The notes beneath the pieces were generated by a model. That model worked only from the letters and a program-made list of their open reading frames with translations, had not been told where the DNA came from and made no database searches. Below, in pieces: positions 1 through 11,761 of a stretch of 64,000 bases of DNA. This DNA comes from an uncultured Holophagales bacterium (GTDB taxonomy: Bacteria; Acidobacteriota; Thermoanaerobaculia; Multivoradales; UBA5704): NCBI GenBank assembly GCA_963842525.1, contig CAWJGT010000009.1, forward strand, positions 896,001 through 960,000, in the 5' to 3' direction. The translations under genes were made by a program, and so were the position numbers. The stretch's first letter is position 1. Each line of letters opens with the position of its first letter.

Positions 1-53
1 CGGCCCACATCTTTCGCGTGCAGCGGCGGGTCCGGCCGGACGGGGGATCTTGA
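1..53 (+). CDS. glgE: 3' end of probable maltosyltransferase GlgE (partial)
   Basis: Frame 3 reads [16 protein letters not shown], resembling the GlgE C-terminus (PAHIF). The TGA overlaps the treS ATG (TGATG), and glgE-treS is the usual gene order. Confidence 0.5.
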   Translation, partial: AHIFRVQRRVRPDGGS

Positions 54-3000
54 TGAGGGGTGAGGGAGAGAACCGGGGAGGGAGCGATCCTCTCTGGTAC
101 AAGGATGCGATCATCTACGAGCTGCATGTACGCGCCTTCTTCGATTCGAACGGCGACGGCCGCGGCGATTTCCAGGGGCTGACTGCCAAGCTCGACTACC
201 TGCGGGACCTGGGCGTCACCGCCATCTGGATCCTGCCGTTCTATCCCTCGCCCTGGCGCGACGACGGCTATGACATCTCCGATTACACGGACGTCCATTC
301 GACCTATGGCACGCTCGAAGACTTCAAGACGTTCCTCGACGAAGCCCATCGCCGCGGCCTCAAGGTGATCACCGAGCTGGTGATCAATCACACCTCGGAC
401 CAGCACCCCTGGTTCCAGCGCGCCCGCCTCGCGCCGCCCGGCTCCACCGAGCGCGACTACTACGTCTGGAGCGAGACGGATACGAAGTACGCCGGCACGC
501 GCATCATCTTCACCGACACCGAGGTCTCCAATTGGACCCGCGACCCGGTGGCCGGCGCCTACTACTGGCACCGCTTCTTCTCGCACCAGCCGGACCTCAA
601 CTTCGACAACCCGCGCGTCCACGAGGAGGTTTTGAAGGCGCTCGACTTCTGGATGGAGATGGGGGTCGACGGCCTGCGGCTCGACGCCGTGCCGTACCTC
701 TACGAGCGCGAGGGGACCCACAACGAGAACCTGCCCGAGACGCACGCCTTCCTGAAGAAGCTCCGCGCCCATGTCGACCAGGAGTTCCGGGGCCGCATGC
801 TGCTCGCCGAGGCGAACCAGTGGCCGGAGGACGCCATCGCCTACTTCGGCGACCCGGCGGCCGGGGGCGACGAGTGCCACATGTGCTTCCACTTCCCGGT
901 GATGCCGCGCCTGTTCATGGCGATCCGCCTGGAAGACCGGTTTCCTGTGCTCGACATCCTGCAGCAGACCCCGCCCATCCCGGAGAACGCCCAGTGGGCG
1001 ACCTTCCTGCGCAACCACGACGAGCTGACGCTCGAGATGGTGACCGACGAAGACCGCGACTACATGTACCGGGTCTACGCGCAGGACAAGGCACAGCGCA
1101 TCAACGCCGGTATACGCCGCCGCCTGGCGCCGCTCCTGGGCAACGACCGGCGGCGCATCGAGCTGATGAACGGCCTGCTCTTCTCGCTGCCCGGGACGCC
1201 GGTGATCTACTATGGCGACGAGATCGGGATGGGCGACAATTTCTATCTGGGCGACCGCGACGGTGTGCGCACCCCCATGCAGTGGAGCGCGGACAGGAAC
1301 GCCGGTTTCTCGCGCGCCAATCCGCAGCGGCTCTATCTGCCGGTGATCGTCGACCCCGAATACCACTACGAGGCGGTCAACGTCGAGGCCCAGGAGAGCA
1401 ACCGGTACTCGTTGCTCTGGTGGATGCGGCGGCTCATCGCCTTGCGCAAGCGCCACCTGGCGTTCAGCCGCGGCACGATCGAGTTCCTGGAGCCGGAGAA
1501 CCATCGCGTGCTCGCCTTTCTCCGCCGCCACGGCGACGAGGCTCTGCTGGTGGTGGCCAACCTCTCCCGCTTCGCCCAGCACCTGGAGCTCGACCTGTCA
1601 GCGCTGGCGGGGATGACGCCCCTCGAGCTCTTCGGACGCTCTCCTTTCCCCCGGATCACCGAGAGGGCCTATGCCCTGACCCTGGGGCCGCACTCGTTCT
1701 ATTGGTTCTCGCTGGTCACCGAGCCTGCGGCCTTCGGGAGGCCGCGGCAGAGGGCCTCCGGAGCCGCTCCGGTCGAGCCGGAGGTCCCGGCCTTCGCGAT
1801 CCTGGGCGGCTGGGAGGAGGTCCTCGCAGCGCGCTTCAAGGAGGGCCTGGAGAACGCTCTGGCCGGCCTCCTGCCGTCGCGCCGCTGGCTCGCCGGCAAG
1901 GCCAGGACCGTGAGCGGCGTTGCGATCCAGGAGGCGATCCCGGCCGGCTTTTGCGACGCCTGGTTCCTCCTCCTCCGGGTGGACTTCACGGACGCGGAAC
2001 CGGAGACCTATGTCCTGCCGATCGCCTTTGCCCCCGCGGGCAGGTCGAGCTTCATCCGCCAGCTCCGCCAGGCAGCGGCTCCGTGGATCCTCCTGCGGCT
2101 CGAATCCGACCGGCCGGAGGGGACGGGCCTGCTCTACGATCCGCTCGGAGATCCGGGCTTCTCGCGGGAGATGCTTGCGGCGATCGACCGGGGCGGCCGT
2201 TTCCGCGGCGGGCAGAGCGATCTGATCGTCCGGACTGCGCCGCTCTTCGCCGAGCTGCGCGGCCAGGGCGAGCTCGAGCCGGCTCCTCTCGGCATGGAGC
2301 AGGCCAATTCCCTGATCCGCTATGGAGATTGCCTGGTGCTCAAGCTGTTCCGGCGGCTGGAGCCGGGGATCAACCCCGACCTCGAGGTCGGCCGTTTCCT
2401 GACCGAGGAGACGACCTTTCGCAACGCGCCGCGCGTGGCCGGCTGGCTGGACGTCCAGCCGCGGGAGGCCGGCGCCGAGCGTTTCACCCTCGGCATCCTC
2501 CAGGAATTCGTGCCCAACGAAGAGGACGCCTGGCGCTTCACGCTGGACGCCCTGGGGCGCTTCTACGAGCGCGCCCTCACCGGCTGGGGCCGTGGCGAGC
2601 ACGGGCCGGCCCGGCTGCCGGAGGAGCCCTGGTCGAGTTGGCCCGGGCCGAGCCGCCCGCCGAGGCCTACGAGCGGATCGGGACCTATCTGACGATCGTG
2701 CGGCAGCTCGGCGAGCGCACCGCCGGGCTGCACATCGCCCTGGCCTCCGGGACCGGCCGGGACTTCGCGCCAGAGCCTTTCTCCGAGCTCTACCAGCGGT
2801 CGCTCTATGATGCGATGCGCACGCAGGTGAAGAAGAGCTTCCGCCTGCTGCGGCAGCATCTCGACAGCCTGGAGCCGGCCGACCGCGAGAGGGCGGAACG
2901 GGTGCTCGCCGCCGAGGATGCGATGATCGGCCGCTTCCAGCGCCTGACCAGTGGCAAGATCTCCGCCGATGCGGATCCGCATCCACGGCGACTATCATCT

Positions 3001-3454
3001 GGGCCGGGTGCTCTGGACCGGCAAGGACTTCGTGATCGTCGGCTTCGAGGGCGAGCCGTCGCGTTCGCTGTCGGAGCGGCGCCTGAAGCGCTCGCCGTTC
3101 CGGGACGTGGCCGGGATGCTGCGCTCGTTTCACTATGCCGCTTCGGCAAAGCTCTTCGAGGAGGCGTCGGTGGGCGTGGTGCCCCGGGATGAGTCCCTGG
3201 CCGAGCTGAGGACCTGGGCACGGTACTGGGAACGCCGGGTCTCGGCGGAATTCCTCCGCGCCTACCTGGACCGGGCGCGGGGCGCCTCCTTCGGCTCCTT
3301 GCCGCCGCAGGAGGTCGCCGTCCTTCTCGACGCCTACCTCCTCGAAAAGGCGGCGTACGAGCTGGCCCATGAGCTGAACAACCGCCCGGCCTGGGTGGGG
3401 ATCCCGCTCGAAGGCATCCTCCAGATCCTGGGCGGCGAGGGAGAAGGCCGATGA
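53..3454 (+). CDS. treS: Trehalose synthase (GH13) fused to maltokinase (Pep2/Mak); two frameshifts near 2630 and 2970
   Basis: [26 protein letters not shown] and [13 protein letters not shown] motifs. The kinase half ([36 protein letters not shown]) is split over three frames. Confidence 0.93.
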
Positions 3455-5541
3455 GCTCGGAGCGCGAAGACCTCCTCACGCTGGCCCGCCTGTACGGCGT
3501 GCAGACGTCGTATCACGACGTCTGGGGGAACTACGTCGAGGCATCCCCCGAGTCGCTGCTCGGCGTGCTGCGCGCGCTCGAAGCGCCGGTCGAGGGTCTC
3601 GGCGACGTCCCGGAGGCCCTGGAGGCGCGGCGCGAGGAGCTGGCCTCGCGGATTGTGGAGCCGGTGGTGGTGGCCTGGGACGGGCACGTGCACGCCGGCA
3701 TCGAGCTGCGGCTCGGGGCTCTGGGGGCGGACATCCGCGGACCGCTCGCCTGCCATCTCGACCTCGAAGGCGGCGAGCGCCGCGGCTGGGTGCTCGACCT
3801 CGAGAGCCTGCCCGAGACCCGGGAGGGGGTCCGCAGCCTGACCCTCCCGGAGCCGCTGCCCACCGGTTATCACGAGCTGCGGATCGAGGCGGGCGGCCGG
3901 GCCGAGGAGACGCTGATCCTCTCGGCGCCATCGCGCGCCTGGACGGAGGAGAGGCCGCTCTGGGGCGTCTTCCTTCCTCTCTATGCCCTGCACACGGCGC
4001 GGAGCTGGGGCGCCGGAGACTTCTCCGACCTGGAGACCCTGGCCGAGTGGACCGCGGGCCTCGGCGGCGGCGTGGTGGCGACGCTGCCGATGCTCGCCGC
4101 CTTCCTCGACGAGCCCTGCGAGCCCAGCCCCTACGCGCCGGCCAGCCGGCTGTTCTGGAACGAGCTGTACCTCGACCCCCGGCGCCTGCCCGAGATCGAG
4201 GAGAGCACCGCCGCCCGGCGGCTGCTCGAGTCGGCGGACTTCCAGCGCGAGACCGAGACCCTGCGCGCCGCGCAGCGGGTCGACTATCCCCGGCTCGATG
4301 GCCCTCAAGCGGCGGGTGCTCGAGGAGCTCGCCCACCGCTTCTTCGCCCGGCCTTCGGACCGGCAGGAGGAGCTCGAGCAGCTTCTGCGAAGGAAGCCGG
4401 AGCTCGAGACCTATGCCGCGTTCCGCGCGGTCGGGGACCGCCGGGGCGAGACCTGGCAGCGCTGGCCGGAGCGGCTGCGCGAAGGCACGCTCGCTCCCGC
4501 CGACTACGACGAGGACGACCGCCGCTACTACCTCTGGACCCAGTGGGCCTGCGACCAGCAGATGCGCGCCATGGCGAAGGAGGCGCGGCGCCGCGGGCCG
4601 GGGCTCTACCTCGACCTGCCGCTCGGCGTGCACGGCAGCTCCTACGACGTCTGGCGCGAACGCAACCTCTTCGCCCAGGGGGTCTCGGGAGCAGCGGCGG
4701 GGGCGCCGCCGGACTCGTTCTTCACCAAGGGGCAGAACTGGGGCTTCCCGCCGCTTCACCCCGAACGGCTGCGCGAGCGCGGCTACAAGCATCTCGATCG
4801 CCGTGCCTGCGCCACCACCTGGAGCACGCCGGGCTGCTGCGCATCGACCACGTGATGCAGCTCCAGCGGCTGTTCTGGATCCCGCAGGGGATGGAGGCCC
4901 GCGACGGCGCCTACGTCACCTACCCGGCCGAGGAGCTGTGCGCCGTGCTGTCGCTGGAGTCCCACCGCCACAAGGCGATGATCGTCGGCGAGAACCTCGG
5001 GACCGTGCCGCCGCGAGGTCAACGAGGCCATGGACCGCCACGAGGTCCTCGGCATGTACGTGGTGCAGTACGAGCTGCAGCCGGCGGCCAGGGCCTGCGC
5101 CAGCCGCCGGCGAGGTCGGCGGCAAGCCTCAACACGCACGACATGCCGACCTTCCGCGCCTTCTGGGAGGGCCGGGACGTGGAAGACCTGGAGAGCCTCG
5201 GCTTCTTCGACGCGGAGCAGGCGCGCAACGAGCGCAACCGGCGCGCCGAGATCCGCGCCTCGATGGAGAACGAGCTGCCTCCCGAGTCCCGCGGCGACGC
5301 GGAAGCGATCTGGCGCAACGTCCTGCTCCTGCTCCTGGAGCGCCTCGCCGCCAGCCCGGCCCGGATGGTCCTGATCAACCTGGAGGACCTGTGGGGCGAG
5401 GCCGAGCCGCAGAACATCCCGGGCACTCACACCGAGCGCCCGAACTGGCGGCGCAAGGCGCGGCTGTCGTTCGAAGAATTCTCGACCGATCCCCGGGTCG
5501 TGGACACGCTGCGCCGGGTGGATGAGCTGCGGAGGGGATGA
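3451..5541 (+). CDS. malQ: 4-alpha-glucanotransferase (GH77), with internal frameshifts
   Basis: [44 protein letters not shown] (alternate frame), LRIDHVM, GENLG, NTHDMPT, NIPGT, PNWRRK. Confidence 0.92.
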   Translation: MSSEREDLLTLARLYGVQTSYHDVWGNYVEASPESLLGVLRALEAPVEGLGDVPEALEARREELASRIVEPVVVAWDGHVHAGIELRLGALGADIRGPLACHLDLEGGERRGWVLDLESLPETREGVRSLTLPEPLPTGYHELRIEAGGRAEETLILSAPSRAWTEERPLWGVFLPLYALHTARSWGAGDFSDLETLAEWTAGLGGGVVATLPMLAAFLDEPCEPSPYAPASRLFWNELYLDPRRLPEIEESTAARRLLESADFQRETETLRAAQRVDYPRLDGPQAAGARGARPPLLRPAFGPAGGARAASAKEAGARDLCRVPRGRGPPGRDLAALAGAAARRHARSRRLRRGRPPLLPLDPVGLRPADARHGEGGAAPRAGALPRPAARRARQLLRRLARTQPLRPGGLGSSGGGAAGLVLHQGAELGLPAASPRTAARARLQASRSPCLRHHLEHAGLLRIDHVMQLQRLFWIPQGMEARDGAYVTYPAEELCAVLSLESHRHKAMIVGENLGTVPPRGQRGHGPPRGPRHVRGAVRAAAGGQGLRQPPARSAASLNTHDMPTFRAFWEGRDVEDLESLGFFDAEQARNERNRRAEIRASMENELPPESRGDAEAIWRNVLLLLLERLAASPARMVLINLEDLWGEAEPQNIPGTHTERPNWRRKARLSFEEFSTDPRVVDTLRRVDELRRG

Positions 5542-5548
5542 CCTCACG

Positions 5549-7561
5549 ATGACCAGCCCGATCGCCGACCAGGACCTCTATCTGTTCAACGAAGGCACCC
5601 ACTTCCGGCTCTACGACAAGCTGGGCGCCCATCTCGGGGAGAACGAGGACGGCGAGAAGGGCGTCAGGTTCGCGGTCTGGGCGCCCAACGCCGAGAGCGT
5701 CTCGGTGATCGGCGACTGGAACGATTGGGATGTTCGAGCGAGCAGGCGGACCGGCTCACGCCACGCGGCGGCTCCGGCATCTGGGAGGGCTTCGTCCCGG
5801 GCATCGGGCGGGGGACGCTGCTACAAGTACCACATCGCTCCCGCTTCCACGGCTACCGGGTCGACAAGGCCGACCCCTTCGCCTTCTACGCCGAGATCCC
5901 GCCGCGGACCGGCCTCGATCGTCTGGGACCTCGACTACGAATGGGGGGACGACGAGTGGATGGCGGCGCGCGGCGAACGGCAATCGCCCGCGGCGCCGAT
6001 GTCGATCTACGAGGTCCACCTCGGCTCCTGGCGGCGGGTCCTGGAGGAGGGGAACCGATCGCTCACCTACCGCGAGATCGCGCCGCTGCTCGCCGAGCAC
6101 GTCAAGCGCCTGGGCTTCACCCACGTCGAGCTGCTGCCGATCATGGAGCACCCGTTCTACGGCTCCTGGGGCTACCAGACGACCGGCTACTTCGCCCCGA
6201 CCAGCCGCTACGGCACGCCGCAGGACTTCATGTTTCTGATCGACCACCTGCACCAGCAGGGGATCGGCGTCATCCTCGACTGGGTGCCGTCGCACTTCCC
6301 GAGCGACGAGCACGGCCTCGGCTTCTTCGACGGCACGCACCTCTACGAGCACGCCGATCCGCGGCAGGGCTTCCACCCCGACTGGAAGAGCTTCATCTTC
6401 AACTACGGCCGCAACGAGGTGCGGAGCTTCCTGATCAGCAGCGCCCTGTTCTGGCTGGAACGCTACCACGCCGACGGCCTGCGGGTGGATGCGGTGGCCT
6501 CGATGCTCTACCTCGACTACTCGCGCAAGGCCGGCGAGTGGATCCCCAACGAGCACGGCGGCCGCGAGAACCTGGAGGCCATCGCATTCCTGCGCACCCT
6601 GAACGAAGCCGTCTACGAAGCGTTCCCCGACGTCCAGACCATCGCCGAGGAATCGACCGCCTGGCCGATGGTCTCGCGCCCGATCTACCTCGGCGGCCTG
6701 GGCTTCGGCTATGAAGTGGGACATGGGGTGGATGCACGACACCCTGAAGTACTTCCCGCACGATCCGATCCACCGCAAGTACCACCACAACCAGCTCACC
6801 TTCCGGATGCTCTACGCCTTCAGCGAGAACTTCGTCCTGCCGCTCTCCCACGACGAGGTGGTCCACGGCAAGGGCTCGCTGGTGAACAAGATGCCGGGCG
6901 ACGAGTGGCAGAAGTTCGCGCAACCTGCGGCTGCTCTACGGCTACATGTTCGCCCAGCCCGGCAAGAAGCTGCTCTTCATGGGCGCCGAGCTCGCGCAAT
7001 GGCGGGAGTGGAACCACGACGCGAGCCTCGACTGGCACCTCCTCGACGAGCCCGGCCACGCCGGCGTCTCCCTCTGGCTCGAAGACCTGAACCGCCTCTA
7101 CCGCGAAGAGCCGGCGCTCCACGAGCTCGACTTCGAGCCCGAGGGCTTCGAGTGGATCGATGCCAACGACGCGGAGAACAGCGTCTTCTCCTATCCTGCG
7201 GAAGGGGAAGGAGGGAGAGCCGGTCCTGGTCGTCCTCAACTTCACGCCGGTCCCGCGCGACAACTACCGGATCGGCGTCCCGGCCGCCGGCCGCTGGCGG
7301 GAGATCCTGAACAGCGACGCCGCGTGCTACGGCGGCATGAACCAGGGCAACATGGGGTGTGTCGACGCCGAACCCATCCCCCTCCACGGCCGCCCGTGCT
7401 CCCTGACCCTCACCCTGCCGGCGCTCGGGGCGGTTTTTTTCCAGCGTGGTGCAGCACCGGAGGCGCCGGCGCAGCCCGCGGAACCGGAGGAGGCTGCGAC
7501 ACCGGAGGTTGCCGAGGCGGAGAACGATCTTTCCGAATTGCGATCTCCAGGTTCCGCCTAG
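5549..7561 (+). CDS. glgB: 1,4-alpha-glucan branching enzyme, several frameshifts
   Basis: [66 protein letters not shown] and PGKKLLFMG, distributed across frames. Confidence 0.95.
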
Positions 7562-7718
7562 GAGTTTGTCAAAGCTTCTACGGCGCAGCCGGCAACGTCT
7601 GATTCCGCTCTGCCGGGAGAAGCGAGGCGGCTCGGCGTCGTGCGACCGGACAACAGGGCAAACAAAACTACCCAGAACTGTGTCTCATTGAGCTAGGCAG
7701 CGGGAGCCACTGGTTGGG

Positions 7719-9065
7719 GTGGCTCCTAGACTAGCGAAAAGCGCCTCGGCACTCGATTCGGGGTATATGGCTATGCTCTACTCGGATTTCGACCTCAGAA
7801 TCGTCGCGGACGGCCCGGACTTTCAGGTTCTCGCCGACTGCGGGTCTGCTCATGCCGGCGGTCCTCTCGACCTCTGCCGGGATGACGACATCTTCCGGAC
7901 AGGCGCTTTCAGGCCGGAACGTCCATGGAGTGTCTCGCTCCGCCATCTTACTGCGGAGGCTGAAGGCGCGCGGCCGATGGCGAGGATCCTGGGGGAAAGA
8001 CTCTTCCGAGCGTTGTTCACAGGCGCCGTACGCCGGCTCTTCGACCGTTGCCGAGGGAGCCTGGAAGGTGAGTTGGATCATGGTTTACGCGTCCGCATCC
8101 TCCTCGATCCACGCGACCCGCGCGTACGGTGGCTGGCCAACATCTCGTGGGAGCTTCTCTACTGCCCTGATACTCCGGGTTTTCTGAGCCTCGATCGCCG
8201 CACTCCCGTTGTACGCTCACTCGATGTCCTGCAGCCTTTGAAAAAACCGATGCCGCAGTCTCCGTTACGTGTGTTGCTGGTGAGCGCGGGTCCAAGTGAC
8301 GCTGTTGCCTTGAGCCTCCACGAGGAGGGATCGAAGATCGAGAAGGCCATTGGGCAAATCGGCTACGTCGAGACTCGCAGGCTTGAGCACGCGACGCGGA
8401 GAGATCTGCGTTGCTGCTTGCGGGTCCAGGACTTCCAGATCGTCCACTTTATGGGCCATGGCGAGTTCGACGAGACGGCCGGGGAAGGAAGCCTGATCCT
8501 GGAGGATGCGAACGGTTTCACGGACGCTGTTTCTGGCGAGGCCCTGGCGATTCTGGTAAATGGCTCGGTGCGGCCTCTGCTGGTCGTCCTCAACGCCTGC
8601 GAGAGTGGGAAGTCCACTGACCAGATGGAGGCCGATGCTTTCGCCGGTGTGGCCGCCTCTCTGGTGCGGGAAGGCGTACCTATGGTGCTGGCCATGAGGC
8701 AGTCGGTCGACGATGGTGCCGCGGTCGAATTCGCCGAAGAATTCTACCGTGCCTTGGCTGCTGGCGACGCCGTCGAAGCCGCACTGGTCGAGGCTCGAGT
8801 TGCCGTTCACACACTGGCGCCCCACTCGCCAGAATGGGCAACCCCGATCCTCTTCTCCCGGCCTGTCGATCCTGTGCAAGAATCGTTGGCGAATCCGGAT
8901 ATTCTGGACGATCCCGGTGCTTCGGGAGAAGAGGGAGATGGCGCTACGCATCTCTCTCCTGCAGGTCCTGAGTTCCAGCAGAGCACCCGCGCGCGACGGA
9001 TCGGAACGGTCAACAACTTCCAGGCAAAGTCCATGACGTTCGGCGTGGAAAGCAAGCCGCGCTAA
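7719..9065 (+). CDS. CHAT (caspase HetF-associated) cysteine protease with a short C-terminal motif
   Basis: WELLY upstream motif, catalytic His (VHFMGHG) and Cys (VLNACES), FYRAL...EWATPILF domain end, then an acidic linker and a terminal QSTRARRIGTVNNFQA motif. The start may be the ATG at 7767 or 7773. Confidence 0.88.
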   Translation: MAPRLAKSASALDSGYMAMLYSDFDLRIVADGPDFQVLADCGSAHAGGPLDLCRDDDIFRTGAFRPERPWSVSLRHLTAEAEGARPMARILGERLFRALFTGAVRRLFDRCRGSLEGELDHGLRVRILLDPRDPRVRWLANISWELLYCPDTPGFLSLDRRTPVVRSLDVLQPLKKPMPQSPLRVLLVSAGPSDAVALSLHEEGSKIEKAIGQIGYVETRRLEHATRRDLRCCLRVQDFQIVHFMGHGEFDETAGEGSLILEDANGFTDAVSGEALAILVNGSVRPLLVVLNACESGKSTDQMEADAFAGVAASLVREGVPMVLAMRQSVDDGAAVEFAEEFYRALAAGDAVEAALVEARVAVHTLAPHSPEWATPILFSRPVDPVQESLANPDILDDPGASGEEGDGATHLSPAGPEFQQSTRARRIGTVNNFQAKSMTFGVESKPR

Positions 9066-9082
9066 GAGCAGAGGGGTAGGTC

Positions 9083-11761
9083 ATGCCTGATGCAACAGAA
9101 GAGAAGGTTGCAGCAACAGAACCGACCGAGGAGAGGACCAAATCCACGCCACCCGCAGAGACCGCGGCGGCGGTCGCGGTGGCAGATCCGACCTCCGGAA
9201 ATGCAGAAGGTTCCTCGGCGCCCGATGAGGTCTCCGTCACAAATGAAAACAAGCAGAGCACCAAGGGGAAGGACATCGGGACCGTCAATAATCAACAGGC
9301 AGAGACGATTGTCAATAAGAAGAAGGTTAAGAAGATCATCAAGGTATTGAGAGAGCAGGGCGACGAGAAGGTAGTTTCTCACGATTTCACAGATCCCACT
9401 GATTTGCTGCCCAGCCACCCGCTAGAGAGTTTGGACCTGGAGACGGAGGGCCATGAGCAGCTCCTGGAGACTTTAGTCGAAAAGCATGCGATGGTGGTCA
9501 GCTCGTATGACCTCGATACGGCCGTGGCGGGGGCATATTCATTGATTCGTCATCAGCGATTCGCCACGTACGAAAGAAGAACGTTGATCCTCGGCCGTGA
9601 TAGCAATAAGGGTCGCGCTGACCTCACCATCGATCTGTTTCTTCGACAGGAGTATCGAGACCAAAAGCGGCAGATTATTTTGGTCCCGGTCGACCGCGAA
9701 GGAGATTTTCTAGCCTCTCTCCGGGACGTACACTCAATCTATGCGGAAACGATCCGGGAAAGCCTAAAGAAACGCGATGCCTTTCTCCTCTGCTCCGTTG
9801 GCTGCAAACTCCTTGGCCTCGAACCTGAACTCCTTCAATCCTACAGCACTTCGCTTTTTCATTGGCCTGTTCCTTTTCTCCCAACTACACTCTGTCGCTC
9901 CTTTGCTAGGGCCCGAGCAGTTGAGATCACAACGCAATTGCTGGATCAGAGAATTAGTGGTCTGTGGCCGAGGGCCCTCGGAGATTTCTACCATGATATC
10001 GCCCTTCACATGCGGAAGGGTCGGCTCGAAGAAGAGGTGCAGCGTCGCCTCGCGATAGTTCAGCGACCGGCGAGCGAGAAATTCCGAGAGACTCTAGAAC
10101 GACTCTCTCCGGAGGAGGTTTTTCGTGGCGATAGCGATGTTCATGCCGCTGCGGTGTACGTGGCAACATACTTTCAGGATCTGACGCCAAACGACTTTGA
10201 GCGCTTGGTGCGCGTTTTTCTGGGAAATCGGGTCTATATCACTGAAACGGAGTCGCAGGTGGTGACGGACGAGGGTGTTGTCCAGACACTCAAGAGGAAG
10301 GTCGAAAGGCCGCTAGTCGATCTCTGGCAGGACTCGCCGGACCGCATCCTGAATGAGTGCCATCTCGAAGCCATACCGCTGGCTACTGGGACGCAGGTCG
10401 TTGAATTCACCGCGCCTCATTTACGTAGGGACCTTAAAGATCTACTAGAGTCCAGATATCCGATCTTCCTCGCGCAGGCGTTTAGGCGCCTTCAGGAAGT
10501 TGGAATTCTGTTTGCTCACGACGTATCTATTGTTATAGTAGACAATCTCATTCGCCTTTCAGTAGAGCAAACAATCTCTGACCCTGCCTACTATAGCCGT
10601 GACTGGCTAGTGGATTTCGTACTCTCGCTTCGTGTTCACCTCCAGGCTGATGCGACACCCGAGGATTCTCCCGAGAAACTCCTCCTGCTGCTGATAAAGG
10701 ACAAGTATGAACGGTTGCGTATTCATTTTCTCGACCGCCTTACGCAGCTCATTCGCGAGATGCTGGAACATAGGGAGCTTCACGATACTGTACGCGGATT
10801 TCTCGATCGTCTGTTTGCGTATCGTGAAGACGACGCAGTCTTGTACATAGTCTTGGAGTTGGTCAAGCGGCTTCGTTTCAGTACAGAATTTGACGCCCTC
10901 TCCTGGATCAAGCGCATGCTTGACGAGAGAGGAAGTGAACTCCGTGCGAAGGCCTATCGTTGCCTGATGGACCTCTCTCTGGAGAGTGGCCCGCGGATTT
11001 TCGAGTTCCTCGAGGCGCTATACGGCTGGTTGCCGGCTGCCGACCGGGAGTCCCATCGTCTTTCGCGCGCAAATCGCCTTGCGCTCTTGTTCTTACCGCA
11101 TTATTGTTTCCGCACTACCTCGTCGTTTCTACCCAAATATTGCGGCGAATGGCCTTCGCGCTACGGACTCTTCAGTGCTTGCATCGTTGATCCAAAAAAG
11201 CTGCGAACGAAACTCGACCTCCTTGCATCTTGGCTCACTCATCCGGGAATGGTCGCTGTTCTGACGATCGACGAGCTTGTTTCCGAGAATGCAGAGTTCA
11301 CTCCTATGGTGGATTTGGTAGAAAGCTGGCTTTCGTCGTCGGTGCCCTGGCCGGATCTGTTCCTCGATGTCGACTCGCTGGAGATCGAGCTTCTTTCGAT
11401 GCTGGATTTTGAACCCGAGCAACTCCCATCCACCCTGATCGCCGACCTGCTCGAACAGTGGCTATGGATTCTGGAAGGCATAGTGGCCGAGGGGGGTGCA
11501 GATCCGGAAGCACACCGCCTTGCTAACGCCTTGCTCGCCTCCTTTGCGGAGCATGCAAGCCCTAAGCAGAAAAAGGGGTTTGAGCGGCGATGGCTCCGCA
11601 ACCAGCAGAGATATTGCGAGGAGATCAACCGCTTGCCGATCGGCCAGCGAGAGAGGCGGAAGGAGCTACAGGCGAAGCGCAAGAGGGTTATCGAGCTCAG
11701 GCATAGGTTTGCGGAAGTCGGGGCCTGCCGCCCCGAGCCGGAATCTCGGAGGCACTCATGA
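9083..11761 (+). CDS. 892-aa hypothetical protein: disordered N-terminus with shared motif, possible degenerate STAND-like NTPase, helical C-terminus
   Basis: Long ORF with a purine-rich RBS (GAGGGG). Its stop overlaps the next start (ATGA). No intact Walker A; the domain call is inference. Confidence 0.7.
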   Translation: MPDATEEKVAATEPTEERTKSTPPAETAAAVAVADPTSGNAEGSSAPDEVSVTNENKQSTKGKDIGTVNNQQAETIVNKKKVKKIIKVLREQGDEKVVSHDFTDPTDLLPSHPLESLDLETEGHEQLLETLVEKHAMVVSSYDLDTAVAGAYSLIRHQRFATYERRTLILGRDSNKGRADLTIDLFLRQEYRDQKRQIILVPVDREGDFLASLRDVHSIYAETIRESLKKRDAFLLCSVGCKLLGLEPELLQSYSTSLFHWPVPFLPTTLCRSFARARAVEITTQLLDQRISGLWPRALGDFYHDIALHMRKGRLEEEVQRRLAIVQRPASEKFRETLERLSPEEVFRGDSDVHAAAVYVATYFQDLTPNDFERLVRVFLGNRVYITETESQVVTDEGVVQTLKRKVERPLVDLWQDSPDRILNECHLEAIPLATGTQVVEFTAPHLRRDLKDLLESRYPIFLAQAFRRLQEVGILFAHDVSIVIVDNLIRLSVEQTISDPAYYSRDWLVDFVLSLRVHLQADATPEDSPEKLLLLLIKDKYERLRIHFLDRLTQLIREMLEHRELHDTVRGFLDRLFAYREDDAVLYIVLELVKRLRFSTEFDALSWIKRMLDERGSELRAKAYRCLMDLSLESGPRIFEFLEALYGWLPAADRESHRLSRANRLALLFLPHYCFRTTSSFLPKYCGEWPSRYGLFSACIVDPKKLRTKLDLLASWLTHPGMVAVLTIDELVSENAEFTPMVDLVESWLSSSVPWPDLFLDVDSLEIELLSMLDFEPEQLPSTLIADLLEQWLWILEGIVAEGGADPEAHRLANALLASFAEHASPKQKKGFERRWLRNQQRYCEEINRLPIGQRERRKELQAKRKRVIELRHRFAEVGACRPEPESRRHS

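Noticed and set aside
53-7561. Multiple frameshifts in treS, malQ and glgB (also in the TPR, anti-sigma, NRPS and GT genes) read as pseudogenes or programmed frameshifting
   Set aside because: They are scattered single-base indels in conserved genes with all motifs intact and no slippery-site pattern. Long-read consensus error explains them best.
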